NCBI GenBank assembly: GCA_041641305.1
Contig: JBEPYN010000002.1
Location: 638,666 to 702,665, forward strand
Source of the DNA: Nitrososphaerota archaeon
Lineage (GTDB): Archaea > Thermoproteota > Nitrososphaeria_A > Caldarchaeales > Caldarchaeaceae
Reading direction: 5' to 3'
Length of the DNA stretch: 64,000 bases
Below are positions 38,121-48,205 of this stretch, in pieces. The position numbers and the translations under genes are program-made. Each line of letters begins with the position of its first letter. Position 1 is the first letter of the stretch. The notes under the pieces are model-generated. The model searched no databases and was not told where the DNA came from. It saw nothing but the letters and a program-made list of their open reading frames with translations.

Positions 38121-39956
38121 ATGTTTCCATTGTCGGGTTATAGAAGCTTGTCTACCCTTGCTTGTATCTTGTTTTTGGCGCTCGGTGTTCTCGCTCCATT
38201 TCAGCTTGTATCCCCGGCCTCTGCACACTATGCAGGCCCTTCTCCGTCAACTTTACAAGCATACGGCAGCGCGGTCCTCGACTTGAGTATAGACGCGGGA
38301 TACTCGTGTATCAAGTATCCTCAAACCCCTCCGCATGCCTTCATAATATGTGAGATGAACGACCAGCTCTATGACTACTATTTCTGGGCTGTTTACGACC
38401 CAACCTTCAGCGAAAACGATAACGGAGGCATTTTGTTCGACAACAATCACAACGGTGTTGTAGAACAGTGCCAGGTGGTTGAAGACGCGTTGTATTATGT
38501 AGTTAGAAATAATAACTTGGTGGGGCGAGATGCACATTACTGCTTTCAGTCACCTATGCCTCAGCTTCCTCCAGCCTTTGCTGACGCAAGTTTAGACGTG
38601 ATGGGTTTATGTCAGTATGATTCCACCCCTTCGCCTCTACTCCAGCTTCAAGGTCCTGCATACATTTGTGAGGTGCGGAAACCAATGAACAGCGGCGATA
38701 TCGAAGACTATGCGCTATCCCCAGGTAGTACGGTTGGCTGGTGCTCTTTCCATTTCGACAACGGAGCAAACTCTATGTTTGAGTATCCTGTGGACTGCTA
38801 CAGCAGGGCCCGTGGCCAGGTTCAGGGAGGAGGAGATGCAGGGAATTATGGACACGTGGTGAAGCTGACAAACCAGCAAACAACAACCACAACACAAACC
38901 ATCTCGACCTCGACAACCCAAAGTCTTCCAACCGACTGTAGTTGCGCAATAGATTTGAGCACAGGCTCGATAAATTTCACCGCAAAATCTGCGGGGAGCC
39001 AGGAGAATCCGGCTTTTTCACCGTTTGACTGGTGGCTGAGGATGCCTAACGGAACTTTGGTGAAACCATGGGTTGTCAACAACGCTGGGCCCTGGGCCTC
39101 GGCGCCGGCGGGGAGTATGTGGCTTTCGCCCTACATAGACAGCGCCAACTATCCTGCGTCGGACGCGCCAGCCGACACAAACTTCACCTACAGCATAATT
39201 TTCACAGCTCCTTCGCCTGGGGTAATTTACCTTAGAGCGGCGTCAGACGATCCGTCATGGTTCTACTTAGACGGCGTCTATCTCGGTGTCAATGTCCTGG
39301 GTTATGCACTTTATCCACAGCCTCAGCCATCTTGGTGGGTGATTCCTGTGACACAGTCGGGGATACATAACCTGACGGCCGTCGTCTTCAACCAGCCGGG
39401 CGGAACTCCAACGGGTTTACTGGTAGATGCGAGATTCTGTGCAAGAGGCGAGGCAGTTTCAACGGTTACATCCACTGCGGCAACAACGGTCACAGCCACG
39501 ACAACCATAGGCACAACATCGACAATAACATCTCCGGTCACAACAACTGTCACATCCACCATCTTGTCCACGTCAACTGTCACCACAACCCAGACAACCA
39601 CTCAGCAAACCGTTTCAACAACAACCACCATATCAACGCTCACAACAATCTCGGCTACAACCGAGACAACTAAGGTAACAATAACAGCCACCTCGACAAT
39701 CATAGTCATAGACCCCTTGCTGGAGATAAAGCTGGACATAGCGCTGCCTCTTCTCGGAGCAATACTGGCACTACTTACATTAATGTATCTCAAATGCTGC
39801 AAGAAGAAGTTGCACGGCGGCAAAGGTCAGGGCTCGCCTAAAGAGGGTGACGATGATTCAAGAGGAAGCAGAGGAGAAGAAGACAGCGGTCAGAAGTCGA
39901 GGAAACATGGCGAAATCGAGGAGCTTGTGATAAAGACTAAATCCACTCCACCGTAA
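38121..39956 (+). CDS. Cell-surface protein: signal peptide, Cys-rich DOMON-like domain, PA14/jelly-roll-like domain, Thr-rich stalk, TM, charged tail (start uncertain, 38073-38121)
   Basis: ILFDNNHNG..CEVRKPM; AASDDPSWFYLDG; TTVTATTT tracts; TM followed by KCCKKK. Confidence 0.7.
   Translation: MFPLSGYRSLSTLACILFLALGVLAPFQLVSPASAHYAGPSPSTLQAYGSAVLDLSIDAGYSCIKYPQTPPHAFIICEMNDQLYDYYFWAVYDPTFSENDNGGILFDNNHNGVVEQCQVVEDALYYVVRNNNLVGRDAHYCFQSPMPQLPPAFADASLDVMGLCQYDSTPSPLLQLQGPAYICEVRKPMNSGDIEDYALSPGSTVGWCSFHFDNGANSMFEYPVDCYSRARGQVQGGGDAGNYGHVVKLTNQQTTTTTQTISTSTTQSLPTDCSCAIDLSTGSINFTAKSAGSQENPAFSPFDWWLRMPNGTLVKPWVVNNAGPWASAPAGSMWLSPYIDSANYPASDAPADTNFTYSIIFTAPSPGVIYLRAASDDPSWFYLDGVYLGVNVLGYALYPQPQPSWWVIPVTQSGIHNLTAVVFNQPGGTPTGLLVDARFCARGEAVSTVTSTAATTVTATTTIGTTSTITSPVTTTVTSTILSTSTVTTTQTTTQQTVSTTTTISTLTTISATTETTKVTITATSTIIVIDPLLEIKLDIALPLLGAILALLTLMYLKCCKKKLHGGKGQGSPKEGDDDSRGSRGEEDSGQKSRKHGEIEELVIKTKSTPP
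39455..39700 (+). repeat. Thr/Ser-rich low-complexity coding tract (ACA/ACC-rich)
   Basis: STVTSTAATTVTATTTIGTTST... within the surface protein. Confidence 0.8.
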
Positions 39957-39958
39957 CG

Positions 39959-39967
39959 TTTAAAAGC
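39959..39967 (+). promoter_or_regulatory. Probable TATA box of the 16S rRNA transcript
   Basis: TTTAAAAG right after the upstream stop, followed by a hairpin-rich ~170-nt leader. Confidence 0.55.
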
Positions 39968-40501
39968 TACGCAAAAGATGTTAATATTGCCCCGGTCGAG
40001 AAGGCGGCTCCGACCGGACCGATAAAGGGAGAGACACTCCCACGGGTTGATGGTTCGGCCTCCTACCAGGGGCATAAAATGAGGACCTGAAAAACTCACC
40101 GTTCAGGTCTTAACACGGGCCAAGCCCCCACAAAACTCCTCCGCAGCCGTACACCCAGGCACGACTCCGGTTGATCCTGCCGGACCTCACTGCTATCGGG
40201 GGGAGACTAAGCCATGCAAGTCAAGGCCCATAGCCACCTGTGGGCCTGGCGTACGGCTCAGTAACACGTGGCCAACCTACCCTGAGGAGGCGGATAACAC
40301 CGGGAAACTGGTGTATAAACCGCCATAGGTGAGAGGATCTGGAATGACCTCTCGCCGAAAGATGCACACGGGGACGCCTGTGTGCATGCCTCAGGATGGG
40401 GCTGCGGCCCATCAGGTAGTTGGTGGGGTAACGGCCCACCAAGCCTATAACGGGTACGGGCCCTGAGAGGGGGAGCCCGGAGATGGACTCTGAGACAAGA
40501 G

Positions 40502-40545
<44 letters not shown>

Positions 40546-41046
40546 GCTCACGCGTGACGGGGTCACCCCGAGTGCCACCCTCGTGGTGGCTTTTGCGCAG
40601 TGTAAACAGCTGCGCGAATAAGCGGGGGGCAAGACGGGTGTCAGCCGCCGCGGTAATACCCGCTCCGCGAGTGGTGAGGACTATTACTGGGCTTAAAGCG
40701 TCCGTAGCCGGCTCGGCGTGCTCCGCGTTAAATCCAGCAGCCTAACTGCTGGGCCGCGCGGAAGACTGCCGGGCTTGGGGGTGGGAGAGGGCAGCGGTAT
40801 TCCCGGGGTAGGGGTAAAATCCACTGATCCCGGGAGGACCACCAGTGGCGAAGGCGGCTGCCCAGAACACGCCCGACGGTGAGGGACGAAAGCTGGGGGA
40901 GCGATCGGGATTAGATACCCCGGTAGTCCCAGCCGTAAACGATGCGGGCTTGGCGTCGGAGCGGCTACGAGCCGTTCCGGTGCAGAAGGGAAACCATTAA
41001 GCCCGCCGCCTGGGGAGTACGGCCGCAAGGCTGAAACTTAAAGGAA

Positions 41047-41417
<371 letters not shown>

Positions 41418-41448
41418 CGTTGCGGCTTAATTGGAGTCAACGCCGGAA

Positions 41449-42058
41449 AGAGGGGTTCCAGCAGCAAGGATTATTACCTTAAAATTCGCTACAATTGAAA
41501 AGGATGGGCGTGTATGACGAGTGTTTTAGAAACAGGGAGCTGGCTGCCAAAGTATTGCTTCCTTTGATAGAATTCGAATTTGGATTAATTGCAGACGATA
41601 AACCTACATTAGTTCAATCCAAAGACAATTTGAAACAGATAAGGAAGGTATTCGAAATATGCAAAAGACATGGGTGGACAACTTCGAAACATATCTCGTA
41701 TAAGGGAGGAAATCCATACTTTAGGATAAACATGGCGGGATTTCGTGAGATATACAAGATTGCGGGGCCCTTTGCAGATGCCAAGAAGGATAGATGGGCT
41801 CAGCTGCTCCTTGAGCGTAGTGGAAAAAAGGGCGGCTACAGGGGTGATAAGCTATCAACGGAAGAAAGATTGATGGCTGTCTTCAAGAGATGCCCCGATG
41901 AAAAATGGAAAATTGAAGAATTATGTCTTGAATTGAGGTTACTTCCCGGAACTGTCAGGGCAGCTCTACGCAACTTGGAAAAGTTGCAAATCATTAGGAA
42001 AATCAGATTAGGTAGATCATATCTTTACATGCTTGCTGCTGTTTAACCCCTCCCGGAT
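41449..42058 (+). mobile_element. 16S intron at E. coli 977/978 (610 nt), ORF-containing
   Basis: Splits CAACGCCGGAA^ACCTTACC. BHB CCGG-AA|A / CCGG-AT|A; stem GAGGGGTT..CAGCAGCAAG / CTTGCTGCTG..AACCCCTC. Confidence 0.93.
41504..42046 (+). CDS. Intron-encoded divergent single LAGLIDADG-like domain fused to a C-terminal winged helix (alternative start TTG 41495)
   Basis: VLLPLIEFEFG helix, LVQSKDN, CKRHGW, PYFRIN, IAGPF..KK; then EERLMAVF..KIEELCLEL..GTVRAALRNLEKLQII..GRSYLY. Confidence 0.65.
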   Translation: MGVYDECFRNRELAAKVLLPLIEFEFGLIADDKPTLVQSKDNLKQIRKVFEICKRHGWTTSKHISYKGGNPYFRINMAGFREIYKIAGPFADAKKDRWAQLLLERSGKKGGYRGDKLSTEERLMAVFKRCPDEKWKIEELCLELRLLPGTVRAALRNLEKLQIIRKIRLGRSYLYMLAAV

Positions 42059-42284
42059 ACCTTACCGGGGGCGACAGCAGGATGATGGCCAGGTTGAAGG
42101 CCTTGCCGGACGAGCTGAGAGGAGGTGCATGGCCGTCGCCAGTGCGTGCCGTGAGGTGTCCTGTTAATTCAGGCAACGGACGAGACCCGTGCCTCCAGTT
42201 GCGACCGGGCCGGAAGGCGCCGAGCACTCTGGAGGGACTGCCCCGGAAACGGGGAGGAAGGAGCGGGCTACGGCAGGTCAGTAT

Positions 42285-42985
42285 AGGAGGGCTGACGGGT
42301 CATATCCCTTATCTTTGTATGCAAGTTTATCAATGCCTCAACTAATGCTTCTTCTATGAATACAATGGCCTACATCGCTGGGCTTGTAGCAGCCGATGGG
42401 AACGTTGCAGCAGATGAACCTTATTTTTACGTGTCAAGTAAAGAAAAATCCGATCTGGAAAACTTTGTTGCACCGCTGGTTGAAAGAATTCTAGGTAGGA
42501 AGGCGACATTGTTCTATGATAGATGCGCATCGGTGTACAAGTTGAAGGTGTACAGCCGGAATTTATGGACCAGACTTGTACAAGATTATAAAATACCTCC
42601 CGGTGAAAAGGCTTCGATAATAACTCCGCCAACATTTCTGAACGCTGACGATGAGGCAGCTTATATCCGTGGATGGTTCGATGGAGAAGGGTGGTGCGAA
42701 ACATTGATTGTACGGAGCTTACATCATGTGTACAAATACCCTAGGATTGGTTTCAAAGTCAAAAGTCTAGCCATACGCGACTACATCTGGCTGGTGCTCT
42801 ACAAGTTAGATGTAAAACCCAGCTGCTATTCTAGGGCTGATGGCAGTTTTGGGATTTGGATAAACGGTGTAACTCGTTGCCGTGGTTTTAGGGAAAAAAT
42901 TGGGTTTGGATATCCCAGTAAAAGAAGAGCCTTGGAGAGATTACTTGATGAATGTGTTTATTGACCCGTACCAGCCTCCGCTGAA
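42285..42985 (+). mobile_element. 16S intron at E. coli ~1205 (701 nt) carrying a homing endonuclease
   Basis: Splits GGTCAGTAT^GCCCCGAA. BHB CAGT-AT|A / GCTG-AA|G; stem GGAGG.CTG.ACGGGTCA / TGACCCGT..CAGCCTCC. Confidence 0.93.
42356..42964 (+). CDS. Double-motif LAGLIDADG homing endonuclease
   Basis: YIAGLVAADG and YIRGWFDGEG motifs; IPPGEK linker; FREKIGF..PSKR. Confidence 0.92.
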   Translation: MNTMAYIAGLVAADGNVAADEPYFYVSSKEKSDLENFVAPLVERILGRKATLFYDRCASVYKLKVYSRNLWTRLVQDYKIPPGEKASIITPPTFLNADDEAAYIRGWFDGEGWCETLIVRSLHHVYKYPRIGFKVKSLAIRDYIWLVLYKLDVKPSCYSRADGSFGIWINGVTRCRGFREKIGFGYPSKRRALERLLDECVY

Positions 42986-43363
42986 GCCCCGAATCCCCCG
43001 GGCCGCACGCGACGTTCAATGGTGGGGACAGTGGGCTGCGACCCCGAAAGGGGAAGCCAATCCCTAAACCCCACCTCAGTAGGGATCGAGGGTTGCAACT
43101 CGCCCTCGTGAACGCGGAATCCCTAGTAACCGCCCGTTAACACCGGGCGGTGAATACGTCCCCGCTCCTTGCACACACTGCCCGTCGCTGCACCCGAGCT
43201 GGAACTGGGCGAGGGCCAGTCGCGTTGGCTGGTTCGAGCCCGGTTCTGGTGAGGGGGCAGAAGTCGTAACAAGGTGGCCGCACGGGAACGTGTGGCCGGA
43301 TCACCTCCCTGTACCGTACTCCTGCCTGGGTGGCTTCGGAGGATGTGGAAAGGGCTTGGCCCG

Positions 43364-43396
43364 TTTTGTTTCTTTTTATGTTGGCTTTTTTGGTTT
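43364..43396 (+). terminator. Oligo-T tract after the 16S processing stem
   Basis: TTTTGTTTCTTTTTATGTTGGCTTTTTTGGTTT. Confidence 0.5.
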
Positions 43397-43412
43397 AGTG
43401 TGGGGTGTTTGG

Positions 43413-44450
43413 TTGAGGGCTGCGGTGTTTCATGGTCCCGGCGATCTTCGTGTGATGGATGTTGAGAAACCTTCTCCCGGAAGAGGCGAGGTGCTGGTTA
43501 GAACGTTTGTGACGCTTACGTGTGGAACGGATTTGAAGATGTTTCTCCGCGGCCATCCCTATGCGAGGCCTCCTGTGATAATGGGGCATGAGTTCGCGGG
43601 AGTGGTTGTCGAGGTGGGTGAGGAGGTTGAATGGGTGAACGTGGGTGACGAGGTTGTCGCAGCAAACTCCGCCCCATGCGGCTACTGCATATACTGCAAG
43701 CTCGGCCGCTTCAACCTCTGCGAAAACCTCGGCGAAACAATCATCGGGTTCAGCGTCGACGGCGCATACGCGGAATACATCAAGCTCCCACGCCGCATAG
43801 TCACATTCAACCTCTACAAGCTGCCCAGAGGCCTTGAGCCACGTGTCGCAGCGTTGCTTGAGCCGCTGGCCTGTGTTGTGAGGGGGCAGAGGCTCATAAA
43901 CATCGACGTGGGAGATGCTGTGGCGGTTGTGGGCGCCGGCCCCATCGGCTTGCTTCACATGATGCTGGCCAGGTTGTCGGGTGCGCGGAAGGTGATTGTC
44001 CTCGACGTCAACTGGAACAGGCTGCGCTTCGCCTCCGAGCTTGGAGCAGACCTTGTCATCAACAGCGGCGAAGAAGACGCGAGAAAACGTGTTTTCGATG
44101 AGACGGGTGGAATAGGCGCAGACGTCGTGATCGAGGCTGTGGGCTTGCCTGAGACATGGGAGACGGCGTTGAAGCTTGTCAGGAAAGGCGGCACCGTGCT
44201 CTTCTTCGGCGGCCCACCAGCCGGCACAAAGTTGACAGCAGACACGCACATCATCCACTACGGCGAGCTCAGCCTCCACGGCTCCTTCCACCACACACCC
44301 CAAGACGTTGTAAGAGCCCTCAGGCTCCTCGAGTCACGCAGACTACCCTTCGAAAAGCTGGTCACAGGCGAGGCACGTATCGAGGAGATTCACAGGGTTT
44401 TTGAGGAGCTTAGGCAGGGCAGGCACATCAAGGTCGCCATCAAAACCTAA
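43413..44450 (+). CDS. Zn-dependent medium-chain dehydrogenase (threonine/sorbitol DH-like)
   Basis: CGTD, GHE, CxxCxxC..C, LEPLAC, GAGPIG. TTG 43413 chosen because the longer ORF overlaps the rRNA. Confidence 0.9.
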   Translation: MRAAVFHGPGDLRVMDVEKPSPGRGEVLVRTFVTLTCGTDLKMFLRGHPYARPPVIMGHEFAGVVVEVGEEVEWVNVGDEVVAANSAPCGYCIYCKLGRFNLCENLGETIIGFSVDGAYAEYIKLPRRIVTFNLYKLPRGLEPRVAALLEPLACVVRGQRLINIDVGDAVAVVGAGPIGLLHMMLARLSGARKVIVLDVNWNRLRFASELGADLVINSGEEDARKRVFDETGGIGADVVIEAVGLPETWETALKLVRKGGTVLFFGGPPAGTKLTADTHIIHYGELSLHGSFHHTPQDVVRALRLLESRRLPFEKLVTGEARIEEIHRVFEELRQGRHIKVAIKT

Positions 44451-45466
44451 CTCTCGATAACAACTTTGAGGCTTGCCCCGGCGTCACGCGCCTTCTCAAA
44501 AGCTTCGACAGCCTCTTCAATCGGGTAGACATGTGTTATAAGGTGTTTTAGTGAGAAAACTTCCTGGGCGAGCATTTTGAGCACCGTGTTTGTCTCGGTC
44601 TCGGTGGTGGAGTAGCTTGTCACTATGTTTTTCTCCTCGATGAAGAGCCTGCTGAAGTCGACCTCTGTTTTCTCGCCTTTCTCGGGTGCGCCGAAGAGTA
44701 GGAGTGTTCCGCCGTTGCGTAGACTGTCGAGGGCTGTTGAGAGTGGTTTGTAGGCGGGTGTTGCGAGGACCGCTATGTCGACGCCGAGGCCATCGGTCAA
44801 CTCCCTACATTTCTTCGCAAAGTCTGTGTCGAACGGGTTCACGGCGACGTCCGCACCGTTTTCCAGGGCCTTGGTTCTCCTGAATACGGAGAGCTCGGAG
44901 ACAGCGACCACAGGAGCTCCAAAGGCCTTGGCCATGACTATGAAGATGGAGCCCGTCGGCCCCGCTCCAACGAGTGAGAGAGTTTTTCCAGCCCTGAAAC
45001 CCGCTCTCCTCAACGCCCGTAACACACACGCCGCAGGCTCGATGAACACAGCCTCTTCCCACTCCAAGGCATCCGGCAACCGGAGCACAGCACCCCTCTC
45101 CACGTTGACACGCGGAACTCTGAAAAACTCGGCGAAGCCACATGGCTCTATGCTTGTCTTCAAAAAAAGCGGACACATGGTTGGAGAGCCTTCTCTGCAG
45201 TAGTAGCATTTTCCGCAGGAGACATGATGGTGGACAAAAACTCTGTCACCTTTCTCGAAGCCCTCAGCCCGCGACTCTGCGACGATGCCTACAACCTCGT
45301 GGCCAAGCATCGGCGGCGTCAAGGGCCTTCCAAAAGCCTTCTCAAGATCTGTGCCATCTACACCGCACATCCGCATCTCGACAAGCAGCTCACCCTCGCC
45401 AACCTCTGGTACATCGACGTCAACAACCTCCACACCTCCTCCGGCCCTAACCTTGACAGCCTTCAC
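44447..45466 (-). CDS. Zn-dependent medium-chain dehydrogenase
   Basis: CGVDGTD, GHE, HHVSCGKCYYC..C, EPAAC, GAGPTG. Confidence 0.88.
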   Translation of the reverse strand: MKAVKVRAGGGVEVVDVDVPEVGEGELLVEMRMCGVDGTDLEKAFGRPLTPPMLGHEVVGIVAESRAEGFEKGDRVFVHHHVSCGKCYYCREGSPTMCPLFLKTSIEPCGFAEFFRVPRVNVERGAVLRLPDALEWEEAVFIEPAACVLRALRRAGFRAGKTLSLVGAGPTGSIFIVMAKAFGAPVVAVSELSVFRRTKALENGADVAVNPFDTDFAKKCRELTDGLGVDIAVLATPAYKPLSTALDSLRNGGTLLLFGAPEKGEKTEVDFSRLFIEEKNIVTSYSTTETETNTVLKMLAQEVFSLKHLITHVYPIEEAVEAFEKARDAGASLKVVIES

Positions 45467-45498
45467 ACAAACCCCCGCCAATCATGTGGCTAAATGTT

Positions 45499-46338
45499 TT
45501 ACCACCAGCCAATCTTGTCGAGAAGGCCCTTGGCCCTTGCGCGTCCAACTGCCCGTTTGAAAACATAGTATCCGAGGGCGGCCCATAGAATGGATGCGAG
45601 GTAGGCGGCGGCCATGTTGTGTGCTGTGGGTAGTCCTAGGGCGTTGCGGAGTGTGTTGAGGGCTTGGTTCGTGGGGAGAATGTAGGACAGCGGCTCGGCG
45701 AGGGGGCTTAGGCGCTGCACGGGGAAGATGATGTCGCCCAGCAGGTAGAGGAGGCCGAGGAAATAGTAGGTCAGGCTCCACTGCAACTTATTGGTCAAAA
45801 GGTTAATCGAGGGCAGCATGTAGAAGAGGCCGAATGAGCCTATGTACATCGCCCCGAGAGCCAGCAAAAACTCTCCCAAATTCTCCAGCCTAAGCGGCAT
45901 GCTGTAGCCAATCCCCCAGACGAGTAACGCATAGGCGGCCGCGAAGGAGCTTAGGGTCGAGAAGAGTGATATGCCAGCTACTGCGATGAACCTGCCGAGG
46001 AAATAGATGCTGAGAGACGAGGTTGTAATGTAGATGCTTTTCATGACGCCGTAGCGTTCTCTATCCTGTGAGACGATGGTGCCGCCTGTCTCGGCCGCAA
46101 AGATGTATGGTGTGAAGAAAGCTGTTCCGACAAAGATGTAGGCTAGGTAGTTTGGGTCGACGGGTTTGCCTGTGAAGTTCATTCCGACGAGGTACAGTAG
46201 CGGGAAGAGAAGCGTTGACGCGAGGGGCCTGATTATCTGGAGGCCTATGAAGATGGTTGGCTCGGTCCAGTTGCTCTCGACCTCCCAGCCCACCCATGCG
46301 GAGGACCACAGGGCCCTGACAAGTTTTCTCACATCCAT
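45499..46338 (-). CDS. ABC-2 type transporter permease
   Basis: Six TMs, DRERYG, GDIIFPV..LP. Confidence 0.85.
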   Translation of the reverse strand: MDVRKLVRALWSSAWVGWEVESNWTEPTIFIGLQIIRPLASTLLFPLLYLVGMNFTGKPVDPNYLAYIFVGTAFFTPYIFAAETGGTIVSQDRERYGVMKSIYITTSSLSIYFLGRFIAVAGISLFSTLSSFAAAYALLVWGIGYSMPLRLENLGEFLLALGAMYIGSFGLFYMLPSINLLTNKLQWSLTYYFLGLLYLLGDIIFPVQRLSPLAEPLSYILPTNQALNTLRNALGLPTAHNMAAAYLASILWAALGYYVFKRAVGRARAKGLLDKIGWW

Positions 46339-47153
46339 CTCAGGCTCAGCCTCCCCTCTCTCCTGCCGAGGTTCTCCATGAAAATCAGAACACGCCAAGC
46401 CAACGGTATCAGCACCAGCGTCAAGGCAAGCAGCACATAGATGTGGAGCATGATTTGCTGAACATTTTCGCCAAGTATGATTGTCCGCCTCAGCCCATCA
46501 ATCCCGAACGTGAGAGGTATCAGCGATACGAGAAATTGGAGAATGGCTGGGAAGGGCGAGTATCGGCCTATAGTGGGGAAGTAGAGTCCTGAGAGGAGGT
46601 AGACAGGCTCGCTGAGGATGTCGTTGAGCTGGTATGCTCCCCTGCCGTAGAGCATGTAGAGAGATGACATGAGCATGCCGAGGCCATACAGGGCTGTAAG
46701 CGTGAGGACGAAGATGAGGAAAACTGCCAACGGGTCACCGACATTCACCGGGACGCGGAGAACAAAGGTGGCGAGGAGAAATATGAGCAGGGCCCTGATG
46801 GATGTGTTGATTATTGAGCCGAGGGACATGCCGAGGAGGATTGACATTTTCGAGATGGGTGCGATGATGTAGAGGTCGAGGTTTCCGCTCTCCTTCTCCC
46901 AGTAGAGCTGGCTCGCCATCAGCCAGAGGACGTTATCCCAGAAAGCCATCATAGCCCCGCCCAAGACCGCGAAGCCAGCCAGCTCCTCGCTCCCCGAAAC
47001 CCGGTAAAGCGTCGCCGCCGCAAAAACAACCAGCAAAGGTATCACTGACTCTGTCAAAACCCACTCAGGCTCTCTGAACTGGCTCCTGACACGCACATAT
47101 GTCCGCGCGTATGCGGCCTTTAGGTTATGCCTCAAATTCTGAAACAAACTCAC
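46329..47153 (-). CDS. ABC-2 type transporter permease
   Basis: WEKESGNLD..AP, LSGLYFP, PLTFGIDGLR. Confidence 0.88.
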   Translation of the reverse strand: MSLFQNLRHNLKAAYARTYVRVRSQFREPEWVLTESVIPLLVVFAAATLYRVSGSEELAGFAVLGGAMMAFWDNVLWLMASQLYWEKESGNLDLYIIAPISKMSILLGMSLGSIINTSIRALLIFLLATFVLRVPVNVGDPLAVFLIFVLTLTALYGLGMLMSSLYMLYGRGAYQLNDILSEPVYLLSGLYFPTIGRYSPFPAILQFLVSLIPLTFGIDGLRRTIILGENVQQIMLHIYVLLALTLVLIPLAWRVLIFMENLGRREGRLSLRWM

Positions 47154-48102
47154 CACCTCCCACAAGCTTGACGTAGACATCTTCGAAGGAGGGCATGGCT
47201 TTGATGAGGGAGAGAACCTTGCCGCCGCGTGAGGTTATGTGTTCGACGAGCTCCGCTGCCTCCTCCCAGTCGTTGACCACCACACGGATACGGTAAATGT
47301 TTGTGGCCGGGTCGTGCGTCTTGTAGGCGCCCGTCAGCAGGTCCAACACCTTCTCAGCATCTGTCGGCAGCCACACCTCCATCACAGCCACCGTCTTTCC
47401 CGCAACGAGGCTTCGCAGCTCAGCAGGCGTCCCCTCAGCGACTACGCGGCCCTTGTTGAGCACAGCCACCCGCGAACACATCTCCTCAACCTCAGCCATG
47501 TAGTGGCTGGTGAGGATAACGGTCCGCTCGCTGTCACCACTCACCCAGTCCTTGATAAGCCTCCTAATCCTCCGGGCTGAAACAGCGTCGAGACCTATGG
47601 TCGGCTCGTCTAGAAAAAGCACCAGAGGCTCGTTCACAAGGCCGCGGGCGAGATTCATCCTCTGCCTATACCCTGTTGAGAGGTTGCGGAGAAGCTCGTT
47701 CTCCACCTCCTTCAACCCAACCTCCTCAATCAACCTGCTGATTCTCTCCCGAGCTGTCTGCTTGTCCAAGCCGTAGAGCATCGAGTAGAACCAGAGGTTC
47801 TCCCGCACCGTTATCAAGCCGTAGCCCGGTGTATCCGCTCCCGAAACCAAGTTGAGCAACGGCCGAATCTTCGACGCTTCCTTTGAGACATCGTAGCCGT
47901 ATACATATGCTTGGCCCGTCGTAGGGAGGAGGAGCGTCGTGAGGATTTTGACGAGCGTGGTTTTGCCGGCGCCATTCGGCCCAAGCAGCCCATATATCTG
48001 TCCCTTCTCGATCCTGAGGTTGACGTCCTCAAGCGCCTGCACAACCGTTCCGCGGTTTCTGAAAACTCTCCCAAGATTAACAGTCTCAGCTGCGAAGACC
48101 AT
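47125..48102 (-). CDS. ABC exporter ATP-binding protein (DrrA-like)
   Basis: GPNGAGKT, LSTG, LFLDEPT, TSH. Confidence 0.92.
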   Translation of the reverse strand: MVFAAETVNLGRVFRNRGTVVQALEDVNLRIEKGQIYGLLGPNGAGKTTLVKILTTLLLPTTGQAYVYGYDVSKEASKIRPLLNLVSGADTPGYGLITVRENLWFYSMLYGLDKQTARERISRLIEEVGLKEVENELLRNLSTGYRQRMNLARGLVNEPLVLFLDEPTIGLDAVSARRIRRLIKDWVSGDSERTVILTSHYMAEVEEMCSRVAVLNKGRVVAEGTPAELRSLVAGKTVAVMEVWLPTDAEKVLDLLTGAYKTHDPATNIYRIRVVVNDWEEAAELVEHITSRGGKVLSLIKAMPSFEDVYVKLVGGGEFVSEFEA

Positions 48103-48205
48103 AGCATATCACCGTCAGCTCATTAAACCAGCCGAGTATTCAACTTGAGGCTGGCACCCATTTGGAATGAGTTTAAATAATTAGATGAAGTAGCTGGTCA
48201 CAAAC

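Noticed and set aside
39455-39700. Tandem repeat or CRISPR-like array
   Set aside because: Only Thr-codon low complexity; no fixed repeat-spacer period here or elsewhere in the window.
43290-43412. 41-aa N-terminal extension of the Zn-dehydrogenase
   Set aside because: Overlaps the 16S 3' end and processing stem; the family N-terminus starts at TTG 43413.
43395-44303. Long antisense ORFs (302 aa here; also 24278-25009, 55754-56467, 6085-6765, 20609-21277)
   Set aside because: Shadow frames of well-supported genes, with no motifs of their own.
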